From positions 124,001 to 188,000 of the IMG/VR virus record IMGVR_UViG_3300033153_013547: a stretch of DNA of 64,000 nucleotides; one strand, 5' to 3'. The notes beneath the pieces were generated by a model. It ran no database searches, was not told the DNA's origin, and saw only the letters and a list, made by a program, of their open reading frames with translations. Of the stretch, positions 9,513 through 19,500 are shown piece by piece. The position numbers and the translations under genes are program-made. The stretch's first letter is position 1. Each line of letters opens with the position of its first letter.

Positions 9513-12209
9513 ATGGCAACCTATCCTGAAATGACAGTAACCTTGGAAGATGGGAATCTATTCTCTCCTCCAACGCCAAAGTTAGGCGATACCGTACTGA
9601 TTGCAGGAACTGCTACAGACGGTCCCGTTCTAACCCCCATAAGACTAACAGATGAATATGGCATGCAAGCTGGTTTTGGAACACAAACAAGTGCTCCATG
9701 TAATCTTGTTAGGGGCTTAGCCCAAATAACAAGATCTACAAATGATGTCATGGCCATAAGATTGACAGGACAGCCCTCAGAAACTGTCCTTTTGGATCTG
9801 GGTGAATTTTCTGACGGAACGGTGCTGGTAGACCCAGAGAAACTGACACTCACAGCAACTGGAGGTAGTGCCACTACCTTTGTGTTTTCAATAGCAGCCA
9901 TGGGAATATTGTCTGGGGGTTTTGGCGCAGATGATTTTGATTTAATGGGCTATGGTATAGCGATCTATAATAGCGATGGTGACTTCGTAGCTAGTCGCAG
10001 AATTACAGATTATACAATAGCTGGCGATGTCGCAACAATTACATTCGACACGTTAGATGCATTAGGCCCCGTAGCAAACGACTGGGAATGCGTTGTATTC
10101 GGAGAGGAAATTTCCAGTACAGACTTTGAGGAAACCATAACACTTGCTTATGACTATATCGCTCATGGTTATGTTTCTCACTATACAGACGAATCACCTA
10201 CACCCACATTGACTCTTCTCACAGAAAATGAGTATAACTACGATACTGACGGAACACTTAGCAACAGCGGAGACTACGCACTCAACCGTAGAGCCGGCAC
10301 AATACAATTTAATCCAGACTTTACCATTACTACCAAAATCGTCCTTGCTTTTTGGCGCTATCCATATTCCATCAAGTTGCGAAGCCTATCTGGTGGCAGC
10401 AAATATAATGGAACAGTAAGAAGTGCCACGGGGGCAGCCAAATCCAATGAAAACGCAACATGGAAAATTGAGCCAGTAGTTGATGACGCAGGAACCGTAA
10501 CGGGGAAAACCCTAACAATTACGGCACCCGCTGGCGCCATAACACCACCCATTGTAGTTCAATGGACTGCTGGCACAGCTCTAATTGATATAATAAACAA
10601 GATCAACACATTCCCTCGTACTTGGGTATTTGCTTCGTTAGCCGACGGACTCTCCACGTCTGACGTAGACGATATCGTTGGCGCAACGCTACGCCCAACC
10701 CAAGATACGGACAAAATGTCATCCCTTGCTGGTTATCAAACATGGCTGGATCTGGATCCATCACCCGATACAGAAGAAGCATCATACTTAACCAATTCGT
10801 TTGGTTATTATGTTGCTACAGCTTGGGCCAACGTTGAACATCTTCTAAAATTCAGATTTGGGGACAATGAAGACTTCGTACTTGCAAACGTTCCAGTAAC
10901 TAACGGAATATTTGAGAAGCCACTTGCTGATAGAACGGCAACGTTCTCTGGCGGAACTGATGGTGATACATATCAAATTGCATATGATTACGCAGAAACC
11001 GCCATAACATATACAGATCCCTGGGAATTTACTGTTGGAGCCGATGGCACAGCAAACGTAACCATAACTCACGCAGATGGTTTTATACCTGCCAGAATAA
11101 TTCTGGTAGCAACATCAATCGGACCAACCAATGCGGGGGAAGTTTTGACATCAGCTGCATATACAACATATGACAGCACCAGCTCATGGCATACTCAAAG
11201 ATCACTCAAGTATGATCTTTACAACAAACTATCACCAACCAGTGAATCAACAATAGCCAATGGGCTCATTCCCAAAGCTACTGGAGAACGTGGTGCATAC
11301 GACCTGATCCTTAATGTCGAAGCTGAACATGCTTTGGCAATGAATATGTATATTGATGACGAACTTTATCCACCCCAGCCAGAATCGGGTACCGTTCGAA
11401 ATTCAACAATAAACTTTGCTTCTCAGGGTGCTCGTATGGCTTACAGAGCAACTGGTAGGGGAAGACCAAGACATTTCTATTCAACATTTGCAGTTCCAAG
11501 CATTGGAATTGATTATAATGCTGATATAGAAACATGGGTATCTTATTGCATCAGCACAGCACAGGCTGCTGACTTTAGCATATACAATTCAACATTCAGT
11601 TCTTATGCTGATGCAGGCAAGTTCCTGGCACTAATTGCAGGACCAGCAGTACTAATTGATGGTCTTGTGGTTACGCCAGAAGGTGTTTTTGCAGGATCTG
11701 TAGCCAAACTGGCTCCACAACATGCTCCTACAAACAAGGTTGTGCCTGTTCAAGGACTAAAATTCAAGTTTTTTGATGACCAACTAAGAGCACTAACAAC
11801 AGAGAATTTAATCACCTTCAAGTTCAATGACGTAGGCAATGTAATCTGCACAGCTGCTGATGTATATGCTTCACCCATTTCTGCAAACCAGGAAAGTGAC
11901 TATGTACATATGGCAACTGGTAGAGTTGTATTTGCCTTTGTCAAAGCAGTAAGAGCAATTGGGGAGCAATATATTGGTGAACCAATTAGCAGAGCCAATC
12001 TAGCAGCCCTGGGCACAGCAATCTCAGATTACATCGAATATCAGAAGCAAATCGGCGTAATTCAAGGTGCTACGTTCAGAATTGACTCTTCAACTCGTGA
12101 TCAAATCACTGGTACAGTAAAAATCAAGGCCATAATCATCCCAGCCCTTGAAATGCGAAAGTTGGAGCTAAATATAGCATTACAGGCACCAGCGGCGTTG
12201 TCTGTATAA
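9513..12209 (+). CDS. Contractile tail sheath protein with large beta-rich insertions
   Basis: N-terminal MTVTLEDGNL...VLIAGTATDGPVLTP and C-terminal sheath core (HAPTNKVV, MATGRVVFAFVKAVR, YIGEP, TVKIKAIIIPALEMRKL); AAGGAGG RBS; followed by the tube gene. Confidence 0.92.
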   Translation: MATYPEMTVTLEDGNLFSPPTPKLGDTVLIAGTATDGPVLTPIRLTDEYGMQAGFGTQTSAPCNLVRGLAQITRSTNDVMAIRLTGQPSETVLLDLGEFSDGTVLVDPEKLTLTATGGSATTFVFSIAAMGILSGGFGADDFDLMGYGIAIYNSDGDFVASRRITDYTIAGDVATITFDTLDALGPVANDWECVVFGEEISSTDFEETITLAYDYIAHGYVSHYTDESPTPTLTLLTENEYNYDTDGTLSNSGDYALNRRAGTIQFNPDFTITTKIVLAFWRYPYSIKLRSLSGGSKYNGTVRSATGAAKSNENATWKIEPVVDDAGTVTGKTLTITAPAGAITPPIVVQWTAGTALIDIINKINTFPRTWVFASLADGLSTSDVDDIVGATLRPTQDTDKMSSLAGYQTWLDLDPSPDTEEASYLTNSFGYYVATAWANVEHLLKFRFGDNEDFVLANVPVTNGIFEKPLADRTATFSGGTDGDTYQIAYDYAETAITYTDPWEFTVGADGTANVTITHADGFIPARIILVATSIGPTNAGEVLTSAAYTTYDSTSSWHTQRSLKYDLYNKLSPTSESTIANGLIPKATGERGAYDLILNVEAEHALAMNMYIDDELYPPQPESGTVRNSTINFASQGARMAYRATGRGRPRHFYSTFAVPSIGIDYNADIETWVSYCISTAQAADFSIYNSTFSSYADAGKFLALIAGPAVLIDGLVVTPEGVFAGSVAKLAPQHAPTNKVVPVQGLKFKFFDDQLRALTTENLITFKFNDVGNVICTAADVYASPISANQESDYVHMATGRVVFAFVKAVRAIGEQYIGEPISRANLAALGTAISDYIEYQKQIGVIQGATFRIDSSTRDQITGTVKIKAIIIPALEMRKLELNIALQAPAALSV

Positions 12210-12237
12210 ATTAAACACCTAAGGGAGGTGAAATAGA

Positions 12238-13101
12238 GTGGCAGAAGTAAACCAAGATCCCAATTACCTATATAACAATATATACACAGAGGGCTACGCA
12301 GACAATGGTGCTCAGAGATATCTCAATCCAGCTACGTTCAACTCATTCTCTGGCACTAACATTATAGCCATTTTCAATACTCGTGTTATCACAGAGGTTC
12401 AGGCTATAACCTATTCTGTGAAACGTGAAATAGCCCCTGTATATACCTTTGGAACAGCAGTCCCTCTGTCATTCTCTTCTGGTAAGAGAGGAATAGCAGG
12501 ATCTGTTGTAACAGTAGTATTTGACAGAGAATCTTTGCTGTCAGAAATGGTTGGTGAATGGGGGAATGACAATCCAGATGAGGTCCGCACCAAAATCTTT
12601 GGTAGCGTCACCCAGTTTGGACTAAATCAAGGCCAATATACCATCGATGCAGATGGAGTGGCCACAGCAACTCCTCCTGATATATCAAACATTGGCAACG
12701 AGTTGGTAAACGAAGGTGTCACAGATTATGGCGGAGCAGTTGCCAAGGCCATAACTAACTTTGGTGGAGTAGATCAATTCAACGCCACGTTGAATACGGC
12801 CCTTGGAGGAGACTATGGCAACCTTAATAAGCTGTATGTCAAGTCCAGAGGCTTTGGTGTTGGTGGGATGCTCTATGCTGATCAAATCCCTCCCTTCAAC
12901 ATTACAATCTCGATGCTGAACGAGACCGGCAGAGGTGCCCAATTAGACATTTTGGGTGTCAAAATAATGAACGAAGGACAGGGCTTTTCAGTTGATGACA
13001 TAACAAATGAAAAAGCCTATTCGTTTGTAGCCAGGGAAATTCTCCCGATGCGGCCTCGTGGGTTTGCGGCAGCAAGCTTTGGCGAGACGGTAAGTGCCTG
13101 A
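12238..13101 (+). CDS. Major tail tube protein
   Basis: Directly after the sheath; GGGAGGTGA RBS with GTG start; FSGTNI...EVQAITYSVKRE.APVYTFG...GKRGIAGS and PPFNITI...NEGQGFSVDD tube motifs; followed by a terminator. Confidence 0.85.
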   Translation: MAEVNQDPNYLYNNIYTEGYADNGAQRYLNPATFNSFSGTNIIAIFNTRVITEVQAITYSVKREIAPVYTFGTAVPLSFSSGKRGIAGSVVTVVFDRESLLSEMVGEWGNDNPDEVRTKIFGSVTQFGLNQGQYTIDADGVATATPPDISNIGNELVNEGVTDYGGAVAKAITNFGGVDQFNATLNTALGGDYGNLNKLYVKSRGFGVGGMLYADQIPPFNITISMLNETGRGAQLDILGVKIMNEGQGFSVDDITNEKAYSFVAREILPMRPRGFAAASFGETVSA

Positions 13102-13123
13102 TCAACGATAATAAATAATAATC

Positions 13124-13169
13124 GGCTGGGGTTTTAGTTTTTGTACAAAAGCTCAGCCCCAGCCTTTTT
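13124..13169 (+). terminator. Intrinsic terminator after tail tube gene
   Basis: GGCTGGGG (13124-13131) pairs with CCCCAGCC (13157-13164), with an inner stem AGTTTTTG/CAAAAGCT, followed by TTTTT. Confidence 0.85.
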
Positions 13170-14414
13170 GTGATTGAAATGACAATAGATAAAGACTTTC
13201 CTGGAACCCCCGATCAACGATCATCCTATTCACAAAAACAACAATTAGTTGATCAAAGGGCCAGAGATAGATGGAACAGCACAATGTTTGAACGTGAGGC
13301 TTATGCACTCACTCAATCATTTACAGGCACAGACTGCCTGGCCTATGCTGTTATACCAGCCAGGTTTGAGCATGAGATCACACAATATAGAACTCTACTT
13401 AGCACAACACCTGCAGGAAAAGGTCCTTGGCCCCTTGGCAGCTTACAAACACTCTCATATAGCTCTCATAGACCAGTATTTGGCGTCCAAAGAGCCCATC
13501 ATGTTCGACCCGTTCATTATACAAATGCTACGAGAACCATTGGTGGCACCATGATCTTTAGTGTATTTGATGCCAATGTTCTGGTTGAAATGTACAGAAA
13601 CTTCTACGGAGACATGGAAAGCAAAAGTGCTGAGCAAATAATAGCAGACACTACAAAATCAAGCAAGCCAACAGGAAACTTTTCGGGGGCAGGTGCAGCT
13701 GTTGCAAATGTAGCATACTCAGAAACCAACAAATTTTTAGTAAATGCTGGTGTCAAAGAATTTGCAGAACTTGCAGATGAATTGCCCCCTATAGATATTC
13801 ATATAATGGGAATCAATGAAGTAGGTCACCAAACATATATGGCTCTATTCAATGTGAAATTTTTAGATGAATCAATGACAGTGTCTATCAATGATACTTT
13901 TACAGAACATGTTGTTCAGTTTGTTTGTTCGTCTGTTACTCCATTACAAACACAAACAAGAAGGATCGAGTCAAGAGACAAATTATTTAGTCTAAATGCA
14001 TTTGCCAATAATCAAGAAGAAGCCGCTGCTATAGAAGCAGAGCTTGATGGAGAGCAGCCCATTCCTCCTCCTCAAAATGGAGAGCCCATTCCTCCTCCTC
14101 AAAATGGAGAGCCCATTCCTCCTCCTCAAATTGGAGCAGGGATTGGGGCTATCCAAAAGATAGAGCAAGATCCTGAGCCCGATGCTCTTCCACTGGATCA
14201 TCATTATTATGCCTTGGGAAATGGAACAATAATCAATGTTACAGAACCAGTAGATCTCGATACAATACCATCATCAGAACGAAAAACAGTAGCAGCCAAG
14301 AGAATGAGATATATCGAAATAATTCCTGGGTACTGGAATGACCCCGCTCTTTTGACAGAGCATAACAACATTGGAACAGAAGAGTTTGGGATAGTATTTC
14401 GGGGGACGACCTAA
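13170..14414 (+). CDS. Tube-family paralogue 2 with Pro-rich repeat linker and C-terminal extension
   Basis: SFTGTD, LQTLSYSSHR, RTIGGTMIFSVFD, LPPIDIHI, SMTVSINDTFTE mirror the tube protein motifs. Start may be 13170 (GTG) or 13179 (ATG). Confidence 0.75.
   Translation: MIEMTIDKDFPGTPDQRSSYSQKQQLVDQRARDRWNSTMFEREAYALTQSFTGTDCLAYAVIPARFEHEITQYRTLLSTTPAGKGPWPLGSLQTLSYSSHRPVFGVQRAHHVRPVHYTNATRTIGGTMIFSVFDANVLVEMYRNFYGDMESKSAEQIIADTTKSSKPTGNFSGAGAAVANVAYSETNKFLVNAGVKEFAELADELPPIDIHIMGINEVGHQTYMALFNVKFLDESMTVSINDTFTEHVVQFVCSSVTPLQTQTRRIESRDKLFSLNAFANNQEEAAAIEAELDGEQPIPPPQNGEPIPPPQNGEPIPPPQIGAGIGAIQKIEQDPEPDALPLDHHYYALGNGTIINVTEPVDLDTIPSSERKTVAAKRMRYIEIIPGYWNDPALLTEHNNIGTEEFGIVFRGTT
14057..14136 (+). 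repeat. 27-bp tandem repeat, about 3 copies, encoding (PIPPPQNGE)n
   Basis: GCCCATTCCTCCTCCTCAAAATGGAGA at 14057 and 14084, third copy at 14111 with one substitution. Confidence 0.95.
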
Positions 14415-14417
14415 TCA

Positions 14418-15512
14418 ATGACAGATACTAATGCTATAACAGGGATGAGCTCAACCAGGCTGGATGATCAGATTCGTAGACGTACAATTGAACGAATGAT
14501 CTATCCCAACCCCTATGCTTCTGGTGCTGATGCTTATCTTGTTGTTTCCAAGGGTAATCGCACGATAATTGATGTCATTGCCTTTGAATTTGTTATTGTT
14601 GAGCCAATATTATCGATTGCTGCTTATTATGATTACACCAGAACATCCAAGGCTTATGGTCAACGTAAAATACAAGGCAGCATTACTATCAATGCTACCA
14701 AGCCTGGCTATCTTATTGAATTGATAAATAGTGACATTATTCCTATAACCAATGTATCAGAAGGTGACTTGTTAGAAACAAGTGCTGATCTTGCTACTTA
14801 TAGCAAAACACTCACAGAATCAGGGAACACATTGGCTGTTGAGCTCTGGGGAGAAGCCCCTTGGGCAGGTCAAGGAGTGAGTAAAAACTTGAGGCCAGCC
14901 ATGTCACCCCTAAGCAAAGTAGGGCCTATCAATCCCAATAGTAGCACAGATCTTGTTTTAGTCTATATCCTTGGTAACACAAGGAGATATTATAAACTAA
15001 TAGATATTGACCTTTCTATTTTGAAACATGAGTTTGATCTATCAGGCAAGCCAGTGTTAGAAACCTATCAATTTGAAGCAACAGATATAGACATGAATTT
15101 AACTATGCATGAGGTTTCTAAAACAGAAGCAAGTGTCACTGAGGAAACCATAGAACAGGCAACTGAGCCTAATCCGCCGCCTAATGTCCAAAAGCCTAAT
15201 GTCAAACCTGGGACAACGGAGGGGACAACAGAGGGGGCAACAGAGGGGACAACAGAGGGGGCAACAAACGCTGCTGCCGCCGTTCAAGAGGCGGTGGACG
15301 ATAGTAATCCCATCAATCCTACGGGAATACCAATGCAAACCCTATATAATACTATAGATACTTGGGTACAAATGATGAAGGATCGTGGGCGAACCGCCGG
15401 ATCGCGGTCTAATTGGGAAACTTGTACAAACACACGACTGCGTTCATGCTACGACGATTTAACTCCGCAAGATCAGCATTTGTTATATAGACATTACCAA
15501 CAAGCATGGTAA
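14418..15512 (+). CDS. Tube-family paralogue 3 (possible tube initiator) with repeat linker and small C-terminal domain
   Basis: YASGADA...GQRKIQGSITIN...YKLIDI...ETYQFEATD resembles the tube motifs (GKRGIAGS...DILGV...YSFVARE). Confidence 0.6.
   Translation: MTDTNAITGMSSTRLDDQIRRRTIERMIYPNPYASGADAYLVVSKGNRTIIDVIAFEFVIVEPILSIAAYYDYTRTSKAYGQRKIQGSITINATKPGYLIELINSDIIPITNVSEGDLLETSADLATYSKTLTESGNTLAVELWGEAPWAGQGVSKNLRPAMSPLSKVGPINPNSSTDLVLVYILGNTRRYYKLIDIDLSILKHEFDLSGKPVLETYQFEATDIDMNLTMHEVSKTEASVTEETIEQATEPNPPPNVQKPNVKPGTTEGTTEGATEGTTEGATNAAAAVQEAVDDSNPINPTGIPMQTLYNTIDTWVQMMKDRGRTAGSRSNWETCTNTRLRSCYDDLTPQDQHLLYRHYQQAW
15210..15266 (+). repeat. 12-bp tandem repeat, about 5 copies, encoding G(T/A)TE
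   Basis: GGGACAACGGAG GGGACAACAGAG GGGGCAACAGAG GGGACAACAGAG GGGGCAACA, in frame within 14418-15512. Confidence 0.92.
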
Positions 15513-15540
15513 TATATAATTAAACAAAAAGGAGATAAGA

Positions 15541-16113
15541 ATGACAGAACCTGACGGAATAATTGAAGAAATCAAGGCTTTTGAGGAAGAAACGGCTGAA
15601 GAACCCGTTGAATCTCCCTCGACACCTGAGGCCGAAATTCCTTCAGCCTCAAATGAAGTGTTTTTGATCTCAGACAAGGAATGGGACAAGGAATCTGCTG
15701 AATTCCTTGAGGAACACAAAGAATTGGTAGATGAAGCCAAGAAAATCTCTCCAGTCTATGTGGTCAAATTCATAGATGGAATTGGTGAACACAAGTGTAT
15801 AATTCGTGGACTAACAAGAAAAGAATATATGCTCTCACAAAATCTATTCCATCCTATAATGAAGCACGGCCAAGAAAAGCTAGATGCCATGACAGAAACC
15901 GAGCGTCTGATCATTGGTATTGAGACCGCACAAGAACAGCAGGATTACACAATCAGAGTAGGTACCGTTTACTGTTCAACTGTTGGGGGCACAATATCAG
16001 AAAATGTACAGCTTGAATCTATTATGACAGCAGGCACAGCCACCCAGCTATATGAAAATATACTGGCAATATCTGGATTTGAAATTGAGCAAAAACAATT
16101 AAAAAAAGCCTAG
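15541..16113 (+). CDS. Tail assembly chaperone (G-like)
   Basis: Acidic N-terminus, CIIRGLTRKEY motif, AAAAGGAG RBS, position between tube and tape-measure genes, ends at a slippery A7 run. Confidence 0.8.
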   Translation: MTEPDGIIEEIKAFEEETAEEPVESPSTPEAEIPSASNEVFLISDKEWDKESAEFLEEHKELVDEAKKISPVYVVKFIDGIGEHKCIIRGLTRKEYMLSQNLFHPIMKHGQEKLDAMTETERLIIGIETAQEQQDYTIRVGTVYCSTVGGTISENVQLESIMTAGTATQLYENILAISGFEIEQKQLKKA

Positions 16114-16526
16114 ACCTCGCTCGTTTTAATCTAGAAAATGATCAGTTAGCAATTCTAGACTGTCTAATAATTGAAGCTTGCAACATGTCCCCAGAAGAAG
16201 TTGGGCAATTGACGGGCGAGGCTTATGCAAATCATGTGGCTATGGCTGAGTTCATTCTCAATGTTCTCAGAGCAGAAAATACTCCAGTAAATACAGGAAA
16301 AGCATTGGTTCCATATAGAACTAATTTTTCCATCAATCTTGATATGTTGCTTGATCCCACGAAAGCTGCACAAGTTCAGGCAGAAAGAGCAAAACAAAAC
16401 CAGAACCAACTGGATCGCAAAGGCAAGCTAAAACAGCAGCACATGAGAATAATCCAGGAAGATCTGGGGCAAGAAGTATTCAAAGATTTTGGTATTGTGG
16501 ACAATGACGAGAATCAGACAAGCTAA
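16089..16526 (+). CDS. Tail assembly chaperone C-terminal extension (T-like part of a GT fusion)
   Basis: The -1 frame is open from 16089 (SLDLARFNLENDQLAILDCLIIEACN) into the called ORF 16185-16526; no clear RBS before 16185. Confidence 0.72.
   Translation, partial: AKTIKKSLDLARFNLENDQLAILDCLIIEACNMSPEEVGQLTGEAYANHVAMAEFILNVLRAENTPVNTGKALVPYRTNFSINLDMLLDPTKAAQVQAERAKQNQNQLDRKGKLKQQHMRIIQEDLGQEVFKDFGIVDNDENQTS
16101..16107 (+). promoter_or_regulatory. Predicted -1 programmed ribosomal frameshift site A_AAA_AAA
   Basis: Zero frame reads TTA AAA AAA GCC TAG. The -1 frame opens after TGA at 16086-16088 and runs without a stop through the slippery site into ATG 16185 and on to 16526. Confidence 0.8.
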
Positions 16527-16542
16527 TAATTATTAGATAGCT

Positions 16543-19500
16543 ATGCGTGAGTATGAAAGTGATCGACTCTATGGTGGGCTAAAAAATCTTGGCATTCTTG
16601 CAAGTGTTGCTACGCTCGGCGTATGGGGATATAGATCTGGTCACGTTGCCAAAGCAGCTAGGTCACTTATACAAACCGGCTTCCCTGCCGTAAGAGCAGG
16701 ATTACAGGCCTTAAAACACACTGAAGAAGCCTATACAGCTTCACACATTGGTATTGGTGATGCTGTCAGTCAGTTTGGCATTCATTACCAGCGTGAATTC
16801 AAAAAGCTACAAAAATTTTATGCCACAAGAACTGCCACGGGCAACCCCCTTGATTCAATAATAGGTGCTGCTACACATCTTCCTTCTCTTTTAGAATCTA
16901 TACAAAGCTTTGTAACAGCCATACCACGGGCAGACTTTAGTCGAATTGGCTTTGAAGAAGCAAAAGGAGACTTAATACGTGATCTTGGCAAAATCAACCC
17001 CAACAGAGTTGTATCAGAAGAATTTGCCTATAGTGTTTATAGGATGCTTGGGCTTGAATCCCAAAAATTCACCCCCATATCTATTGGTGGACTTCATGTA
17101 AATGTAAATCAATTAAGCCAACTCACAACACACCATAAACCCCTGGACACCAGGGCAGTAAAAGCTGCATTTGATACTAGAAAAAAGAACCTCAAAGAAG
17201 ATTTTAGTAGATCTCAATTTGATGGTGGACTAACATTTATGAAGTGGCTACTGGGCGATCCCCAAGCTCGTAGAGCCACGTTATTTGATGTAAGACAAGA
17301 TCTAATCAATAGACTTGGTATTCGTGGCAAAACAGGAGCTGAAATAGACGAGAAGTTAGCAGCATATGTTGATAAAAGCTTAGACACGTTCAAACTGTCT
17401 GAAGATGCCAAAGTCATATTCAACGATCTCTTCTATGATCCCAAGGCAGCCAAAGAAATATTTTTAGATCACAATATCTTCAAAACAACAGAAGGGTTGT
17501 TAGATGCTAGATCAATAACGACATCTGTTGACGATCTTTTAGCCAGCCTCTCTAAACGTTGGAGAATTCCCCTAATCAAATGGAATCCATTTGATATGGT
17601 TCGTTCACAGCTTGCCCTAAAACAAACACAGCCATATGCAGTAGTTGTCACTGGTGATAAAATACCAATGCTGAGTGACAAGGACACAAACGTAATATAT
17701 TCCAAGATAGGTGAAAAACTATACAGATTCAAAAAGAAAGAAGCAGAAAAGTTTAGTTTTGAGCTTGTAGAAAAAATAGATTGGGGAGGTAAGAAAAGAC
17801 CATATAAAGTAATGCACCTTGATCCTTCAGCAGGCACAATGGGTGGCATTGTTGCCAAACGCCTGGGTCTCAGGGGTTATCATTCAGAAGCTCTGGACGA
17901 CATTGTGTTAGGCTGGGCAGCAAGGTTTGTTAAAGGAGGAATAGAGGGGGTTCCCGATCCCTATGTTTTTCTCAAAGAATTAGAACAGGGCAGATTGGTA
18001 GATTATGGTATTACAAGTCAGTCTCTTGAAAATCGATTAGAAAATTTTTGGAAAGGTGGCCTTCTCAATATAAATGTAGTTGCCATAGGCAAGTGGCTCG
18101 AAAAACAACTGGACAACCCCAAGATCACAGCAGAGGCAAGACAGAGCATTGCAGAATATGTTGATAGCCTCGTCTACAAACATCCTAAACAAGACAATAC
18201 ATTACACCTTGCCAGAATGATTGACAAGGCAATGGCAAAAGACACAGCATTTATGAGAATGTTCAAAGAGACAGGTGGTGTAGTCAAAGAACTGCTCAAT
18301 CTTTCTCCAGAACAACAGGAAGCCCGTATTCTTGAGATAGGAATGAAAAATGCTCTCAATATTTCTAAAAGATCTGTTGTAGAAGCAGGTGGTCAAAGAA
18401 CAATTTTAGAACGTATGGAAATGGATTTTGGAGTATGGAGTGTCTTAGAACACTTCAGACTGCTCAATAGTCCTGCCACTAGCATGAATGCCTTTATTAC
18501 TGGTGGACATATTACAGAATCTATGGCCCAGGAGATGGCAAGTCTCAAGATTCTGGATACATATTTGTATAGCATTATGAGAATGGCGCCAGCAAGAAAC
18601 AAGCTTCATTGGATGACACATGAAGGACATCAACTGGCAGCATTTGAAGCATTTAGCAAAACTCCAGATTGGGCAAGAATATTAAGAACACATTATGAAC
18701 CCTTAGACTCAATACGTATTCAAGATGCACTGATAAAGAAAAATGTTACGGCAACAGAAATTTATGAAAACCTAGCAAGGATCAACAAAGCAGCAGATAT
18801 CAGTGAAGTAGCAGGCATACTATATGACACAACCGTCGATGTAGGCGAAATGTTTCTCTCTGCGTTTGGATTCAGGGCCCAAGATTATGGAAGCTCAACC
18901 CTAATGCCACACTATTTTGCCGTAACACTATCAGAACAAATGGAGCTTCTAACGGGAATGATGGGTATTAGGCCATCAAACTCGTTGTGGGCCAAATCAC
19001 CCTTTTCTTTGGGCTTAGCATGGGCAGGTATTGAGGTGGCCTTTGGAACAGCAATCAATAGTTTCAACGCAGCAGATCTTGCCATGAGAGGCGCTGGTTT
19101 CAGGGGCCCCCGTCAATTTGCCATGGATGCTTGGGCCAACGCCAATCTACTCCTGGGTCTTGCTAGTGGCAAACTCAAAGAAACCCAGGATTATTATGCT
19201 GAGGGGGAAGAAGAAATAAGGGCCAGCAGATGGTGGTCATTAGGCAGCACCCCATGGGAAGGTGGAAGAATCAAATTCACTGTTCCCAACCTATACAGGC
19301 GTGTTGGAGTAAGAGACGTATACTACGAACAGAAATGGGGTGGAGAATTACAGGCTTTGGCCCACTCTTCATACCCATCCATACTAACACCATTTGCTCC
19401 AATAAGGCATTTCCTAACAGATAGATATTATTATGAACGTCTTCACCTGAAAGATGAACCTGTTCCACTGACTGGTGAATTGTTTGAACCCTCTGCACCA

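Noticed and set aside
1966-13120. AATAAA(T)-like words in several intergenic gaps as a late promoter consensus
   Set aside because: Too short and common in this AT-rich sequence to support without a motif-enrichment test.
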